This document shows, piece by piece, positions 1 through 9,436 of a stretch of DNA of 64,000 nt; within the stretch, counting starts at the first letter, position 1, and each line of letters begins with the position of its first letter. The stretch spans positions 9,484 through 73,483 of the forward strand of contig PDIP01000134.1 in the NCBI GenBank assembly GCA_002811645.1, written 5' to 3'. The notes under the pieces are model-generated. The model ran no database searches. It saw only the letters and a program-made list of their open reading frames with translations, and was not told the origin of the DNA. A program made the translations under genes and the position numbers. This DNA comes from Corallochytrium limacisporum Hawaii. Lineage: Eukaryota > Protista > Pluriformea.

Positions 1-2
1 TG

Positions 3-2324
3 GGTTGGTTTGCCATAGTGTTTGCAGCCTTGTGCTCTTCTGGTGTCCGTGCCTCAACGATCCTTCCAGGATTCATTGCCGCCGTACCAGAGACCCTGGA
101 ACCCCCAAAAGCAGATGACCTCGGTTTCAAAAAGTCAGGCACTGAGCTTTACGTCAGCCCAAAACACAACAGTTGGAGAATCTATTCAAAGGGAGAGGGT
201 TACCTTGATCGCTCCTACAATCCAGCTCAGATCCTTCGCAGTGACCGTCCATGGGAGGAAGATCAAAATTTCTGCATCGTGGGCAGGGAGTACGAGGGAG
301 AGGTGACTGGTGACTGGTGTTGGAACTACCTCACTCGGGAGGACAATGACGATTGGGTCTTCACAAAGATAGTTGGCACAAACAAAGACGATAAGATAAT
401 AGGGAGCTCCAACTCGAATGGCAACTATTCGGGTTGGAAATTTGGTGAAATAATTGTCGCTGGCAAAGGGGACGATATTGTGATTGGGGACCATGGAGAT
501 GACCATATCTTTGGAGGGGCAGGCGAAGATGTACTACATGGTGACGATGGTGACGACGTCATTGTCGGAAATGAGGCAGGCGACGACTCTCCGGATATGG
601 ACATCATCTTCTCGGGCAGTGGTTCCGATACCGTCTACGCCCAAGGAGGCGACGACTGGATCTATACGGATGAGATTGCGAACAACAACTTGGATTGGCT
701 GTCCGGTGGTACTGGCGCCGACACTTTTGTCATCAGTCAGCCGTTCGGTGACATGGGTACTCCTGGATGGACCTTGGACGCTATGGACTTGATTCTGGGG
801 TTCAGTAACGACGTTTTTGATCTGTACTTTGCCGGCTTCCTCCCCAAATGGAAGATCACGAAGGAAATTGCTCCCATGTCTTTGGATATTGTCAAGTGGA
901 TCATCGATGGGGTGCCCGATGAGACCGTAGACCCTCCCCACAAGGGACGCTGCATCATTGCGGATTTCAATCCTTTGCAAGATCGCATCCTGGTCCAGCT
1001 GGATCCACACCGTATGTCTCCCAACGTGAGCATTCAACCTGCCAATAACGGTGAAAATGCGTGGATCTTGACTTCTGACGGTTTTGACCTCTGCTATGTA
1101 AACCGGGCTCCCGCAGAGGATATCTTTGGAGATGACGTGAATTACATCGGCTCGACGCCAAGCGACATTTTGATCAAGATGCTTCAGCAAAACGCCAAGG
1201 TTGTGGGTGGAGGCAAGTTTGCCCTGGGGATTGAACAAGACCCCAACTGGTACGACCACCTTGTCGAGCCTCCGGAGGCCTTGGCAGACACCGACAATGG
1301 CCGCTTCCTGATGATTGGTAACTGGGCAGGTTACGTTACCATTGGATCAGCGGGCCACGATCACCTCATTGGCAACGACCATCCTAATGGCGACGCTCTC
1401 TACGGATACGCCCTCGACATTGAGGGTGGTGATGTCATCGCTGTCAAGGATGGTGACGATATCCTTCGCGGCTACGGCGGTGACGATCTTCTCGCTGGCG
1501 GCACTGGCTTCAACCAGATCTACGGTGGAGACGGCGACGACACTGTGTCCTTTGCACACGCCCGCACCGGCGTCGTCGTCGACATGGAGCGCACCGGACA
1601 ATGGCACGAAGAGACCTTCTTTGCCGCCTGGAACGGATTCAACATCGTTGATGAATATGACCCTGACGAAGACATTTCCTTGACTGGCAAGGATGGCTAT
1701 GACTGGGTCTTTGGTGTGGAAGGTGTCATTGGTGGTCCATACGATGATGAAATCTTTGGAAACGACCTTCCCAACACCATTTTCGGGGGAGCTGGTTACA
1801 ATACGGTCCGTGGCAGAGGTGGAAGTGATACCTTTGTTATGACTGACGGTGGTACTGCCGTCGTTTTGGACTTCGACATTGATGAAGGTGATATTCTTCT
1901 CATTGATCGTGAATCCTCCAACATGAATCTCATGCACAAAAACTATCATATTACCGACCTGGTGTACTACCACCAAGACGGTGACTTGTACATTGAGATC
2001 AAGAGCAGTGGGGAGACGGTTGCAATCTTGTCCGGTGTGACAATGAGCAACAGTATCTGGGAGAGCGTGCAGATCAAAAACGATCGTGACACAACCCGTA
2101 CATGTATTGAGGCAAAGGATGGAAGCACTGGTTTCTGCACATACGACAACAGCGGCTACGGGCTTCACTGTAAGGCACAATGGAACTGTGAAGGGGCCTG
2201 GAAATGCATTGCCGGTGTCAACAGATGTTACGAGAGCTGCCTTTTCAGGAAGTGCAACAGGGAAAGCGACTGTTGCACCGGCCAGTGGTGCATGAGTGGA
2301 TCCTGCATCACCGCTGAGCACTGA
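3..2324 (+). CDS. Secreted RTX (hemolysin-type Ca2+-binding) repeat protein with C-terminal 12-Cys/knottin tail, copy 1 (5' partial)
   Basis: Frame is open from base 3 (GWFAIVFAALCSSGVRA, hydrophobic signal-like); the ATG lies upstream of the window. Many GGxGxDx(L/I) nonapeptides (GGAGEDVLH, GGTGADTFV, GYGGDDLLA, GGDGDDTVS, GRGGSDTFV). Tail ends C-x4-C-x5-CC-x4-C-x4-C. Full-length paralog at 3890-6253. Confidence 0.9.
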   Translation, partial: GWFAIVFAALCSSGVRASTILPGFIAAVPETLEPPKADDLGFKKSGTELYVSPKHNSWRIYSKGEGYLDRSYNPAQILRSDRPWEEDQNFCIVGREYEGEVTGDWCWNYLTREDNDDWVFTKIVGTNKDDKIIGSSNSNGNYSGWKFGEIIVAGKGDDIVIGDHGDDHIFGGAGEDVLHGDDGDDVIVGNEAGDDSPDMDIIFSGSGSDTVYAQGGDDWIYTDEIANNNLDWLSGGTGADTFVISQPFGDMGTPGWTLDAMDLILGFSNDVFDLYFAGFLPKWKITKEIAPMSLDIVKWIIDGVPDETVDPPHKGRCIIADFNPLQDRILVQLDPHRMSPNVSIQPANNGENAWILTSDGFDLCYVNRAPAEDIFGDDVNYIGSTPSDILIKMLQQNAKVVGGGKFALGIEQDPNWYDHLVEPPEALADTDNGRFLMIGNWAGYVTIGSAGHDHLIGNDHPNGDALYGYALDIEGGDVIAVKDGDDILRGYGGDDLLAGGTGFNQIYGGDGDDTVSFAHARTGVVVDMERTGQWHEETFFAAWNGFNIVDEYDPDEDISLTGKDGYDWVFGVEGVIGGPYDDEIFGNDLPNTIFGGAGYNTVRGRGGSDTFVMTDGGTAVVLDFDIDEGDILLIDRESSNMNLMHKNYHITDLVYYHQDGDLYIEIKSSGETVAILSGVTMSNSIWESVQIKNDRDTTRTCIEAKDGSTGFCTYDNSGYGLHCKAQWNCEGAWKCIAGVNRCYESCLFRKCNRESDCCTGQWCMSGSCITAEH

Positions 2325-3777
2325 TGCAAAAATACCGAGCCGTTGATTCCCCGCGGACGGGGGCCGGATTTTCCCCCGCTTTTGGCACTCTACTCTTTTC
2401 TTTTCCTTTAGTCCCGTAAACCTAAAAACCAGAAGAGACGTTCTCTTTGTCACCTGGGCCGCAATTTATTGATTTGTTTCCTGTCCCTAACCCTCCCTTC
2501 CCTTCCTTCGTCTCCCCCGGGGGGGGGGGAATTCCAAGGAGAATATAAAATTAGGCCCCCTTTCCCTTTGGGGGCCTGTTTTTTCTGGTCGTTTTCATTT
2601 TTTTTTTCCTTTCGCTTTTTGTGTTTGTGTTTTGGGGGGAGGGGGGCCATAGCAAAAGCTTCCGTTTTGGTTCTCTGTCTGGGGGGGAGGGGGGGGAGGG
2701 GAGAAACAGAGACGACGGTGAGACCGCAGAGAGGAAAAGACGGGTGGCCCCCCCCCGGGGGGCTCCCCCTCGTTTTTTTCTCCGGTGGCGCGTGCCCCCA
2801 GCCGCGTTCCATCCCGGGTCTTTTACGGAATGGCTCAATAGCCAATGTACAACCGAATCTCCCCGACTCCAACCGCTCCCCCCCCCCCTGGGGGGCTCGA
2901 GGGTCCTGCGTGCGAACACACCCGTGGGGATCCCCAGCTCCACGTCACGGGGGTCTCTCCCCCATGTCGAAGCTTCGGCAGTTACTACGTGGCCCGGAGT
3001 CGTGTCTTGGCCTCTCTTTGTAAGCATCTAGCACACCGCATACATCTCTCTGTATTGAACATATCTTCTCAATCTCTCAATGTACTCTGGAAGCACCTGA
3101 AATGAAATTACCCCCGTGCATGTTGAAACTGTCTGCGAGAACTCTCTGAATTCTTCATAGTGCCATCCCTTGAGGATGCGCGAGAGATTACACTTGTTCC
3201 TGGACCCTTCTACATGGCCCCAATTATGCCAGCCTTGGTTTCGGTACAAAGTGCATATCATTTATTGTATTGACGTTTTGATTTTGTGTCACTCTTGGCC
3301 TGCCATGGCCCGGCTCCACAGACCGCGCCCGTGAGTGGCGGGTCCGTGCAGCATGATGCGTTTCCCCTGCCTTGACCCCGTCCATCGAGTCGGCGTACAT
3401 GCTCCTCTCTGCTCAACCTCATCCCATACAGAGGTAATCCCATGGATACCGAGCCAGTTGAAAAACCGAGGAATATCCCCTGGGTATCACTACGGTACGA
3501 CGGTCCTTACTTCCATTCTTCCGGATTATCATCGTGCGCACGTACAGATCAGGTAGGCACAGGGCGATAAGCGGTGATGGCGGTGAAAGTGGGGGTGTGT
3601 GGTGTTGAAGAAGGAGATTGCGCCCTTGGTCACACACGCTCAATACACACTTCAAGTCCTGCTGTTTATTGCAGTCTAGTGTACCATATTAATGTCATTC
3701 CAATGGATTTCTTTATCCGAATAGCGCTCCTCAAAGAATATCATGCATTCAATGTCATCATTGACTCGGTTTTAATA

Positions 3778-3789
3778 AGGTATACAAGG
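3778..3789 (+). promoter_or_regulatory. TATA-like box AGGTATACAAGG upstream of RTX copy 2 (alternative TATAAAA at 3854-3860)
   Basis: Variant of the motif shared by the secreted-protein genes, ~100-110 bp before the ATG. Confidence 0.35.
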
Positions 3790-3889
3790 GTCGTCTGATC
3801 ACAGATGCATCAGCACCTCGCCTCTTCACTGCAATATCCAATATTCCAAGGAATATAAAACTCTAAGCAATAGTCACCGCAAATCTACG

Positions 3890-6253
3890 ATGATTCGGCC
3901 TGTCGTGGTTTGGACAGTTGTGTACTGTCCTTTGGTGTGTGCAGACAACATCATCCCCGGCTTCATGGCCGCGCCAGAGACACTTGAGCCTCCCGATATC
4001 GACGAGATCCATTTTGAACCATCCGGGAAGAGACTTTACGAGAGCCCCTCTCATGCAAATTATGAAGTGTGGTCGAAAGGTGAAGGTTACATCGATCGCT
4101 CGTATGATCCGGCCCAGATCCTTCGTGTTGATCGTCCTTGGGAGTCAGGAGTGATGGGTTGCTGGGCCAAAAAAGAATACGGAGGACAGACAACAGAGGA
4201 CTGGTGCATGAACTACCTGATAAAGGATAACAGCGCGTTCTTTCACGTCTTTACAAAATTCATAGGCACAGACGTAGATGACAAGATGATTGGAGCCACA
4301 TACAACAGTGGACACTTGTCTGGCTGGCGACAAAATGAAATTTTTGTCGCTGGAAAAGGTAACGATATCGTACGGGGTGAACATGGCAATGACCACATCT
4401 TCGGAGGCCTTGGCAATGATAGACTTCATGGCGACAGTGGTGACGACACAATAGTTGGCAACGAGGCCGGTGATGACTCGCCAGATATGGACATCATCTT
4501 CTCAGGTAGTGGTTCGGACACAGTGTATGCCCAGGCTGGTGATGACTGGATCTACACGGACAATCTCGAACATAACAACCTAGATTGGCTGTCTGGTGGT
4601 ACTGGTTCAGATACATTTGTCATAAGTCAGCCCTTCGGTCCCGACATGGGATCTACTGGATGGACGCTGAACGCAATGGACCTCCTTGTCGGATTTGGTA
4701 ACGATATGATTGATTTATATTTCACTAGCTTCTTACCATCCAGGAAAATCGGCAAGGAAATTGCCCCCATGTCATTGGACATCGTCAAGTGGATCCTCGC
4801 TGGCAGCCCTCAACAGACCAGGGATCCACCTCACCAAGGACGATGTACCATCGCAGACTTCAATCCCCTGCAGGATCGCATCCTCGTTCAACTGGATCCT
4901 CATCGTATGTCGCCAAACGTAAGCATCAAACCTGCCAACAACGGCGAAAACGCTTGGGTCTTGACTTCTGACGGCTTTGACCTCTGCTATGTAAACTGGG
5001 CCCCCGCAGATGAAATCTTTGGTGACGACGTCAATTACATTGGCTCAACGCCCAGCGACATTCTCATCAAGATGCTTCAGCAAAACGCCAAGGTCGTGGG
5101 TGGAGGGAAGTTTGCTCTCGGTATTGAGCTTCATCCGAACTGGTATGATGACCTTGTGGACCCGCCAGAGACTCTCGATGACACTGAGAATGGAAGCTTT
5201 CTCATGATTGGCAACTGGGGAGGATACGTAACCATCGGTTCCGCAGACCATGACCATCTCATTGGCAATGACCATCCCAATGGCGATGCTCTGTATGCGT
5301 ATGCACTCGACATCAAAGGAGGTGATGTCATTGCAGTCAAGGACGGCGATGATATCCTTCGCGGATATGGTGGCCCAGATTTGCTGGCTGGTGGCAGCGG
5401 TTTTAACCAACTCTACGGAGGTGAAGATAGGGACACAGTGTCCTTTGCGCATGCCCGCACCGGCATTGTCGCTGACATGAAACGCACTGGTGAGTGGCAT
5501 GGAGATACATTCTTTGTGGCATGGAACGGATATAACTTGGTGGATGAGTACGACCCAAATGAAGATGTTAGTTTGACTGGCAGAGATGGCTATGACTGGG
5601 TCTTCGACGTGGAAAACATTATTGGTAGTCGTTACAATGACGAGATTCACGGAAACGATCAGAAAAACTATATTTATGGTGGCTCTGGCTACAATACGGT
5701 TAGTGGTAGAGGTGGTGATGATACTTTTTTCATGACCGATGAAGGCACAACCAAGATTTTGGACTATAATCCCGGAGAAGGTGACAACATTTCAATGGAT
5801 CGTGAATCATACGACATGAACCTTATGGACCCCACCTACAACCTTCATGACCTTGTGTACTATCACCAAGACGGTGATCTGTACTTTGAGGTCAAGAGCA
5901 GCAGTCAAACAATAGCCATCTTACCCGATACCACGATGAGTCAGGATATATGGCACCGATTCCGAGTCGAAAACGACCTGGATACCAACCGGTTTTGTAT
6001 CGAGGACAGAGATGGAACATTCGGCCATTGTCGCCACGTACATAACAATTCGTCGGGAAAGAGCTGCAAAGGAGATTGGATGTGTAATCAAGATGAATAC
6101 CACGAATGCAACCAAGGAAAATGCTGGGCCGGGTGCCGCCCGTACGGAGCCCCATGTGACTACTACGGCCAGGAATACAACGGGGGCTGTTGCTATCCTT
6201 ACTACTGCAACGATCATTGGTGGGAAGGATACATCTGTCATGAGTGGTTTTAG
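3890..6253 (+). CDS. Secreted RTX repeat protein with C-terminal 12-Cys/knottin tail, copy 2
   Basis: 787 aa ORF with ATG and signal peptide MIRPVVVWTVVYCPLVCA, RTX nonapeptides in several blocks, collinear with copy 1; tail ends C-x6-C-x10-CC-x4-C-x9-C. Confidence 0.92.
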   Translation: MIRPVVVWTVVYCPLVCADNIIPGFMAAPETLEPPDIDEIHFEPSGKRLYESPSHANYEVWSKGEGYIDRSYDPAQILRVDRPWESGVMGCWAKKEYGGQTTEDWCMNYLIKDNSAFFHVFTKFIGTDVDDKMIGATYNSGHLSGWRQNEIFVAGKGNDIVRGEHGNDHIFGGLGNDRLHGDSGDDTIVGNEAGDDSPDMDIIFSGSGSDTVYAQAGDDWIYTDNLEHNNLDWLSGGTGSDTFVISQPFGPDMGSTGWTLNAMDLLVGFGNDMIDLYFTSFLPSRKIGKEIAPMSLDIVKWILAGSPQQTRDPPHQGRCTIADFNPLQDRILVQLDPHRMSPNVSIKPANNGENAWVLTSDGFDLCYVNWAPADEIFGDDVNYIGSTPSDILIKMLQQNAKVVGGGKFALGIELHPNWYDDLVDPPETLDDTENGSFLMIGNWGGYVTIGSADHDHLIGNDHPNGDALYAYALDIKGGDVIAVKDGDDILRGYGGPDLLAGGSGFNQLYGGEDRDTVSFAHARTGIVADMKRTGEWHGDTFFVAWNGYNLVDEYDPNEDVSLTGRDGYDWVFDVENIIGSRYNDEIHGNDQKNYIYGGSGYNTVSGRGGDDTFFMTDEGTTKILDYNPGEGDNISMDRESYDMNLMDPTYNLHDLVYYHQDGDLYFEVKSSSQTIAILPDTTMSQDIWHRFRVENDLDTNRFCIEDRDGTFGHCRHVHNNSSGKSCKGDWMCNQDEYHECNQGKCWAGCRPYGAPCDYYGQEYNGGCCYPYYCNDHWWEGYICHEWF

Positions 6254-6607
6254 TTCAGTAAACTCTTTTCCACCGGTCAAGAGCGTGACTTTCGTAGGTT
6301 CTCTGATATTTGCTCGTTGCAGGTGAATATCAGGCTCTGATTGGATCAGCGTTGTCTAAATTGGGCTTTGGAAACAATTGGCGTAAATGAAGACCATGTA
6401 TGCCCGTTCACATGATCAGGGTCAAAACTATTACACCAATCTTACCTTGAAAATGAGACGTGCATGTGATGTAGTAAAGACAGGTTTCTGTATTGCAAAA
6501 TGCCTCAGGTTTTACACTGTTATATCCACGTAAACCAGAGATAATTCAGTGTGGTCATGTTAATCTTTCCATGTCACAGTTCAGCCCTGATTAAAACGCT
6601 ACGCTGT

Positions 6608-6847
6608 TCAACCGCAGTAAGGGTAAAGGCCTTTTTTGCACGAAAGAGGCCAGCAGCAAGATGTGGTAGAACAGTCTTCCAAGACAAGTTTACATTTGAG
6701 ATTCTCACCGTATTGTGCCTCGAACAAGGACTGGGCGATGGTGGTTGCATCGGCCAGCTGTTGGATCAGTAGCTCTTTTTCAGTGTCTGCGGGCGGGGCA
6801 GCGAAGGCGCCAATAATGGCGAGGGTTGCGAGAACAAGGGAACGCAT
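6608..6847 (-). CDS. Conotoxin/spider-toxin-like knottin prepropeptide (79 aa)
   Basis: Signal peptide MRSLVLATLAIIGAFA, acidic propeptide ending ENLK, mature CKLVLEDCSTTSCCWPLSCKKGLYPYCG = C-x6-C-x4-CC-x4-C-x7-C plus terminal Gly; upstream box at 6929-6940. Confidence 0.85.
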   Translation of the reverse strand: MRSLVLATLAIIGAFAAPPADTEKELLIQQLADATTIAQSLFEAQYGENLKCKLVLEDCSTTSCCWPLSCKKGLYPYCG

Positions 6848-6928
6848 GATTGTGTATTCAGTGAACGAGAAGGGTTCAGTATTGATGTGATTGAAGAGAT
6901 CAGATCGACCTCTGGTTGGCAGACAGTC

Positions 6929-6940
6929 CCTTTAAATACG
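6929..6940 (-). promoter_or_regulatory. TATA-like box CGTATTTAAAGG
   Basis: 82-93 bp upstream of the ATG at 6847. Confidence 0.55.
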
Positions 6941-8150
6941 TGTGCAGTGTGTGACCCACACTGATGTTCACGAGTGGAAGGCCGGACACCATCATCATGT
7001 AGATAGGACGTCCACTCGGTGTATTCTCAAGGTTCCCACAACGGAACAGACCAAAATCCTACTCCGCAGTGAGTTTGAAGACCACTCGTGATGCAATTTT
7101 TTTATTCATTCGGCAAGACTATCCTGTATCGTCAACCGACGGGAGCAACCTCTCTCACCTTTGTCGTTTAGCTCTTCTCCCCAGTCCGCACGACCAGACA
7201 GACATTACGGCCTCTCTCCCCCCCCCCCTTCTCTCGAGGTTTTTTGGCATCTGCGGACACGTCACTGTTGGGTTATGTTACAATTTCGGGGAGAAGAATC
7301 AAGGTGTGGGGATGTCCGGAAAACCATCAGCAGGAAATAGCTAGTTTTAAGGTTTTCCCCTAAACTAGGATATTCACACATTTCTGACAGATCTGCATAC
7401 GTGCGCACGGTTTGACATTCTATCTGGATGTACCGGGCAGACATCCTTGGGAGTCTTCTGTCACGCTCTGTCACTGCGGTAAACATTACTTGAAAAGTCT
7501 CCTCAGAACCAAAATTTTGAGGGACCTAGTAGTAATTCAGTCATCAAAACTGTTGGTGTCACTAAACTGGGATGGGGAGTGCCGTCGGCAAGTACCGGCG
7601 TCATGGTAGTGGAATTCAGGATCTCACCAGAATAGTTGGTATTACCTTTAGGCTTCTACGGTGATGCTGCTGAACGAGGCGACGAACAGGTGTCTTTTCA
7701 TGTCCAAGCAATCACTGATGTTATGTCAATGGTTTCCCATTGGCTTTCATTTTTTCGGATCACACCAAAAATATTGGTACTACAGTGGTACCACCTGGTA
7801 CCACCGATACCGTTGAGGGACACTTCCGCTGATCTCGCATCTCCGGCCATAATGAAATGCCCGGAAGTACAGGAAACAAATTCAACCCGAGAAAATCTTT
7901 TCCAAAACCGAAGTAGTAAACCAACTAAAAAAATCTCTGGGGATTTTGTTTTCCTGCTAAACTGGCGGTTGGCTCAATTCAGAAACCGCTGCAAACAATT
8001 TCCAAAACTGCCAGCCCCCCACCGGGGGGGGGGGGGGGAGGTCTTAACACTGTGAGAGAGGGAGACACACACACACTCTCTCTCTCTCTCTGGGAGAGGT
8101 TGCAGTGATGCCGTGGAACCCTAGATCGTATTGCGCTTTGTACCGCTAAG

Positions 8151-8300
8151 TTCCTTCACATACTGTAGTGAACTATTTATGAACTTGTAGACTATGAAGA
8201 TGTACAGAACCATGCTTGACATATGCAAAAAACACCGACCAAACGGTATGAAACTGGCCGCTGTTCTCCCGAGCTTCCCGTCAACGGCTTTTAATAAGAC
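8151..8300 (+). repeat. ~150-bp dispersed direct repeat, copy 1 of 3
   Basis: Core CATGCTTGACATATGCAAA...CCAAAC...CGCTGT(T)CTCCCG shared with 9300-9436 and 11778-11919. Confidence 0.8.
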
Positions 8301-8571
8301 GCCTGACACACCTTGCGGAGATTCGAATAAATACCTGGTATGGCCTTTGAAAGAAGAAAAATTCATAACCCCAACGAAGAGGTGATGGAATGAAATTGAA
8401 GATAATCGAAACCACCTGACCCGTGAGCGGCAACCAAATCGGACCCACACAACAGAATATCACATAAGTCGTGATTTGTTCGCAAACCATGCAAAGCAAA
8501 GATGACACGTGTATAGCCTGAGGTCAATCTAGGTGTTTTGAATTTCGTATGCAAAGGTGCAACACAGTTCC

Positions 8572-9132
8572 CTACTTATCGTAGCAGAAAGTATTGATGT
8601 TCACGTAGCAGACCACGGGGAAGCCCGACCTCTCATCGCTCGCAGTATAGGCATACCAGGACAGAACCTTACCGAAATCCTCTTGGGTGTATGGAGGCGT
8701 GACATGCTGGTCAATATGGTCCAAAATAAAATCAACTTGGTTCCAGTCTTCGTCGTGCGCCAGCATTTCGTGGGTTACTTTGAACCCAGTGTGAAGATCG
8801 TCATAATATTGATAAACGAAATCTCCTTCGAAACTGTTGGCGTCGCAAGCCTGAGTCGAGTTGCCTTCGGCGCTTGTGTAGGAAAAAGTGCCCCACTTTA
8901 TAAAGTTTTTGTTATAGAAGCTGAGACCCCAATCCCATTCGAGCTCGGGGCAGTCCTCGACGCAATCGGTGCGGATGCAGGAGCCTCGGACGGCCTTATG
9001 CCAACACCATTGATTTTCTGAAGCAACTGCCTCGGACTGAGAGAATGCATCGACACCTGGGACCTGGACTGTGGCGCCCGCGATGGTCTGAACAGCGGCC
9101 GTGATGTGGGCGAAAGTCGTCAGAAACTTCAT
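8572..9132 (-). CDS. Secreted acidic Cys-containing protein of unknown family, paralog A (186 aa)
   Basis: Signal-like MKFLTTFAHITAAVQTIAGA; shares C(I/V)RTDCxEDCPEL, DHxDxHVxPP, SDExSxxPxxC with 12222-12818; upstream box at 9216-9227. Confidence 0.85.
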   Translation of the reverse strand: MKFLTTFAHITAAVQTIAGATVQVPGVDAFSQSEAVASENQWCWHKAVRGSCIRTDCVEDCPELEWDWGLSFYNKNFIKWGTFSYTSAEGNSTQACDANSFEGDFVYQYYDDLHTGFKVTHEMLAHDEDWNQVDFILDHIDQHVTPPYTQEDFGKVLSWYAYTASDERSGFPVVCYVNINTFCYDK

Positions 9133-9215
9133 GACTGATTCGAATTGTTTTCTCTTGATGTGAAAATTGTCATGCTTTGTTCGCCAATCTTGCCTGTGAT
9201 GGAGATTCAGAAGAT

Positions 9216-9227
9216 CCTTAAATACCT
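9216..9227 (-). promoter_or_regulatory. TATA-like box AGGTATTTAAGG
   Basis: 84-95 bp upstream of the ATG at 9132. Confidence 0.6.
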
Positions 9228-9299
9228 TTAAGAACCACTTCGAATTTTCCGTTTACAAACGTTTCTACTGTATGTGAGTACGCCAAGAATCGCTACGCG

Positions 9300-9436
9300 T
9301 TTTACATGGAATCAGCTGTTCGTAAACATAAAGCTTCTAACTATGAACAGCATACTTGACATATGCAAACCGCAGACCAAACCTTATAAGATTGGGCGCT
9401 GTCTCCCGAGTGTACCCTAAACAGCTAATTTAAGAT
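9300..9436 (+). repeat. ~150-bp dispersed direct repeat, copy 2 of 3
   Basis: CATACTTGACATATGCAAA at 9351-9369, followed by GGCGCTGTCTCCCG. Confidence 0.75.

Noticed and set aside
534-2453. Long minus-strand ORFs inside the RTX genes (241, 368 aa; also 5045-5650)
   Set aside because: Codon-mirror shadows of the real + strand CDS, with no motifs.
2450-3031. Pro/Gly/Lys/Phe-rich ORFs in homopolymer islands (also 11261-11806, 35756-36382, 42010-44334)
   Set aside because: Translations of low-complexity runs, open in several frames at once.
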